Origin: Vulcanimicrobiota bacterium
Lineage (GTDB): Bacteria; Vulcanimicrobiota; Xenobia; Xenobiales; JADMJV01
Reading direction: 5' to 3'
Assembly (NCBI GenBank): GCA_050250895.1
Contig: JBFWNU010000008.1
Location: forward strand, 128,001 to 192,000
Length of the DNA: 64,000 bases
Shown here in pieces: positions 60,659 through 64,000 of the stretch (within the stretch, counting starts at the first letter, position 1; each line of letters begins with the position of its first letter). The translations under genes were made by a program, and so were the position numbers. The notes beneath the pieces are model-generated. The model saw only the letters and a list, made by a program, of their open reading frames with translations, was not told where the DNA came from and did no database searches.

Positions 60659-61669
60659 ATGTTTATAGCCAGGTCGGGCGCTCAGCCCCTAACCTTCCAC
60701 CGCGCTGCCCAGGGAAGCAGCAACTCTCTGGTTCGAGACGCCCCGCCTCGAGAAGCGCCTGGCGACGAGGTTCTTTCAGCCAGGATGCCAGCGGCGGCTC
60801 CCAGGTATGCACCCAATCGTCGCTTGCCCGGAGGCGTTCGCGGACTCGCCCTGGCGGGGATGGCGGCGGGCGTCCTGGGAGTAGCGGTGTTGGCGGGTTG
60901 CCAACCGGCCCAGCAGGACCCGGTTCAGGTGGCTCAAGAGCACAAGCTCGAGCAACTCGAGGCGCAGGGCTATCATTTTCGTACCTACAGCCGAAGTTTT
61001 GGACTTGACGATTTCATCTTCCACAGCGGAGGCACGGTCCGCGCCACTCGACTTGACGCGGCCGAGACCCTGACCCGGCTCAATGAGAAGGCTGCGCTTT
61101 ATGTGGCGACCCCCAGCGGGCTAAACGAACGGGTGTGGGACTGGGGTAGTCTCGACGAGGTGGTGGAGTTCGAACAGGGCGGCGAGGTTTTTGGCATGAG
61201 TCCATCCGATCAGGCGTTGGTCAAGTCCCTGGCCTCCGAGCGGTTGCTCATCGAGCGCGACGGCTACATCAACCGTCCATTGTCCGCTTTCGAATCGCTG
61301 CGAAGGCTGGGTCAGGGAGGGGGCGTGGAACTCGCTGAAACGACCCGGCTCCACACCATGGCCGATTTGCGTCTGGCGACCACCCTTTTTCACGACCAGG
61401 GCGAGGCGCCTGTCGATCCGCAGGTCGTCCAAGCGCTCCGGGACCTGGGCGCCAACGGGCGAATCCGCCTCAACTCCTACGATCAGAACGCTAGCCGAGA
61501 CCTGTTCGCGGCCCACCAGCGGTTGGCCAAGAACGAACCCTTTGGCGTGGTGATCACAATCGGCAGCTACGGGCAGTCGCAAGTCGAGAAGGTCGACTCT
61601 TTCGAGCAACTCGAAGAGGTCCACTTGCGGCTTCAGCAAGCCGGCCAATTGCCCCAGCAATGGCGTTAG
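60659..61669 (+). CDS. Hypothetical protein, possible lipoprotein
   Basis: GAGGAG RBS; hydrophobic stretch ending in a LAGC lipobox-like motif. Confidence 0.6.
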   Translation: MFIARSGAQPLTFHRAAQGSSNSLVRDAPPREAPGDEVLSARMPAAAPRYAPNRRLPGGVRGLALAGMAAGVLGVAVLAGCQPAQQDPVQVAQEHKLEQLEAQGYHFRTYSRSFGLDDFIFHSGGTVRATRLDAAETLTRLNEKAALYVATPSGLNERVWDWGSLDEVVEFEQGGEVFGMSPSDQALVKSLASERLLIERDGYINRPLSAFESLRRLGQGGGVELAETTRLHTMADLRLATTLFHDQGEAPVDPQVVQALRDLGANGRIRLNSYDQNASRDLFAAHQRLAKNEPFGVVITIGSYGQSQVEKVDSFEQLEEVHLRLQQAGQLPQQWR

Positions 61670-64000
61670 TCGCCGTGGAACCAGTCCTGGCACGAGCAGA
61701 TGAGGTTGCGGTCGCCCTTGACGTTGTCGACCCGGCCCACCGGTGGCCAGAACTTGTGCTCCCTGGTCCAGGGGGCCGGATAGGCGGCCTGCTCGCGGCT
61801 ATAGCCGTGGTCCCACTGGTCTGAGGCGATCTCGAGAGCCGTGTGGGGAGCCGACTTGAGCGGGTTGTCGAGACGGTCGGCCCGACCTTCGGCGATGTCG
61901 CGGATCTCTTGGCGGATGACGATCATGGCCTCGCAGAAGCGGTCGAGTTCATCGCGCGACTCGCTCTCGGTGGGCTCGATCATCAAAGTGCCGGGCACGG
62001 GCCAGGACATGGTGGGGGCGTGAAAGCCAAAGTCCATCAGGCGCTTGGCGATATCCTCGACCTCGATGCCGGCCTCGTGCTTGAAAGGCCGCACGTCCAC
62101 GATGCACTCGTGGGCCACCCGGTCGTTGCGGCCGGTGTAGAGAATCGAGTAGTGCTCTTTAAGGCGATTGGCGATGTAGTTGGCGTTGAGGATGGCTACT
62201 TCGGTGGCCCGGCGCAGACCGGTCTTGCCCATCAAAGCGATGTAGGTGTAGGTGATAGGCAGCACCAGCGGGCTGCCCCAGGGGGCCGCCGACACCGGTC
62301 CGATAGCCTTCTTGCCACCGGTCTTCACGCAAGGGTGACCGGGCAAGAAATCGACCAGATGCGGGGCCACGCAAACCGGTCCCATGCCAGGGCCGCCGCC
62401 GCCGTGAGGAATGCAGAAGGTCTTGTGCAGGTTGAGGTGGCAGACGTCGGCTCCGAATTGGCCGGGGCGACACCAGCCCACCAGAGCGTTCATGTTGGCT
62501 CCGTCGAGATAGACCTGACCGCCGTGCTGGTGCACGATCTTGCAAACCTCGGGCAGGGTCTCTTCGAAGACCCCGTGCGTGCTCGGATAGGTGACCATCA
62601 GGGCGGCCAGACGAGCCTCGTGCTGAGTAGCTTTGGCCCGCAAGTCGTCAAGATCGATGTTGCCCTGGTGGTCGCAGGCCACGGCCACGGTTTCGAGGCC
62701 GGCCAGAGCGGCACTGGCCGGGTTGGTGCCGTGGGCCGACACAGGGATCAGGACCACCTTGCGATCGTCGTCGCCGCGGCTGTGGTGGTAGGCGCGAATG
62801 AGCAGCAGACCGGCGTATTCACCCTGGGAGCCAGCATTGGGTTGCAGCGAGACCCCGGCAAAGCCCGTGATCTGGGCCAGCCAGCCTTCGAGTTCGGTAA
62901 TCATGGTCTGGTAGCCCTGGGCCTGCGAGACGGGGGCAAAGGGATGGATATCGGCCAGGGCTGGCCAGGTGATGGGCATCATCTCGGCCGTGCCGTTGAG
63001 CTTCATGGTGCAAGAGCCGAGCGCAATCATGGAGGTGGTCAGCGACAAGTCGCGCGATTCGAGCCGGCGCATGTAGCGAAGCAGTTCGGTCTCGGAGCGA
63101 TAGCGAGCGAAGTTGGGATGGGTCATGTAGTCGCTCTGGCGGGTCAGGGCCTCCGGCAGCTTGACCTCGCGCGGGGCGGGCAACTCGCCCTGGTAGCCGA
63201 ATAAACCCAGCAGGGTGGATAGTTCGGCCTCGGTAACCCTCTCGTCGAGGGTGATGCCGACTTCGCCGTTGTCGAAGTAGCGCAGGTTGAGGCGGGCCTC
63301 TTCGGCTCGGGACCGTAACTGGTCGGTCGAAAGTCCCTTGAGGGCCACCCGGACGGTGTCGAAGAAGCGGTCATGGACGATTTTGTGGCCGGCCTTCTCG
63401 AGTCCGGCTGCCAGCGTAGCCGCCGCCTGATGGATATAGTCGGCGATGGCCCGCATGCCTTCGGGACCGTGATAGACGCCATAGAAGCTCGCTACCACCG
63501 CCGGCAGGACCTGGGCGGTGCAGATGTTACTGGTGGCTTTGTCGCGACGAATGTGCTGCTCCCGCGTCTGCAGAGCCAGGCGCAGGGCCGGATTACCGCG
63601 CCGGTCAGTGGACAGACCGACGATGCGTCCGGGAATCTGGCGTTTGTAGATGCCGGTACTGGACATGAAGGCGGCGTGAGGGCCGCCGTAACCGAGCGGC
63701 ATGCCCAGGCGTTGGCTCGAGCCGACACAGATGTCGGCCCCCAGTTCGCCAGGAGCCCTCAGACGGGTGAGAGCCAGCAGATCGGTGGCCACGGCCACCA
63801 CCGCCTGGTGCTCTTTGGCCTGGGCTATCAGGCTGGCCAGTTCGGGGATGGCTCCGTCGGTGGTGGGGTAGGCCAGCAGGCAGCCGAAGACCTCGGGCCC
63901 GTATTCGAAGTTGTTTGGCTTGGCGACTTTGACCGTGATCTCGAGCGGCAGAGCCCGGCTCTCGACCACCGCGATGACCTGCGGGTGGCAGTCGGCATCG
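61666..64000 (-). CDS. gcvP: Glycine dehydrogenase (P protein), 5' part outside the window
   Basis: [62 protein letters not shown]. Confidence 0.96.
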   Translation of the reverse strand, partial: DADCHPQVIAVVESRALPLEITVKVAKPNNFEYGPEVFGCLLAYPTTDGAIPELASLIAQAKEHQAVVAVATDLLALTRLRAPGELGADICVGSSQRLGMPLGYGGPHAAFMSSTGIYKRQIPGRIVGLSTDRRGNPALRLALQTREQHIRRDKATSNICTAQVLPAVVASFYGVYHGPEGMRAIADYIHQAAATLAAGLEKAGHKIVHDRFFDTVRVALKGLSTDQLRSRAEEARLNLRYFDNGEVGITLDERVTEAELSTLLGLFGYQGELPAPREVKLPEALTRQSDYMTHPNFARYRSETELLRYMRRLESRDLSLTTSMIALGSCTMKLNGTAEMMPITWPALADIHPFAPVSQAQGYQTMITELEGWLAQITGFAGVSLQPNAGSQGEYAGLLLIRAYHHSRGDDDRKVVLIPVSAHGTNPASAALAGLETVAVACDHQGNIDLDDLRAKATQHEARLAALMVTYPSTHGVFEETLPEVCKIVHQHGGQVYLDGANMNALVGWCRPGQFGADVCHLNLHKTFCIPHGGGGPGMGPVCVAPHLVDFLPGHPCVKTGGKKAIGPVSAAPWGSPLVLPITYTYIALMGKTGLRRATEVAILNANYIANRLKEHYSILYTGRNDRVAHECIVDVRPFKHEAGIEVEDIAKRLMDFGFHAPTMSWPVPGTLMIEPTESESRDELDRFCEAMIVIRQEIRDIAEGRADRLDNPLKSAPHTALEIASDQWDHGYSREQAAYPAPWTREHKFWPPVGRVDNVKGDRNLICSCQDWFHGD

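Overview
GC-rich bacterial chromosomal window, densely coding. The RpoB looks Terrabacteria-type and some proteins are reminiscent of Eremiobacterota/Vulcanimicrobiota, but that assignment is inference. Housekeeping genes: purD-purM-purN and a convergent purH, srkA, fpg/mutM, aceK, folE, rraA, aceB-aceA, amtB-glnK, a stand-alone rpoB (tandem sigma70 promoters, own terminator, no rplJL or rpoC), a persulfide dioxygenase/rhodanese plus YeeE/YedE operon, and a partial gcvP. No rRNA, tRNA, CRISPR array or transposase was seen. Main unusual signals: (1) a four-helix-bundle (Avd/23S-IVP-like) gene flanked by two copies of a ~450-bp element whose arms carry mini-hairpins on complementary GGAGC..GAGA and TCTC..GCTCC backbones, plus a third, gene-free element with the same grammar at 34.5-35.1 kb; (2) two ~1030-aa ClpA/B-like ATPases with HicB-like N-termini and release-factor-like C-termini, separated by an opposite-strand minor-pilin triplet; (3) a 137-bp MITE-like element with a TTA duplication; (4) several apparently leaderless genes. 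All family calls come from motif recognition by eye; no searches were run.
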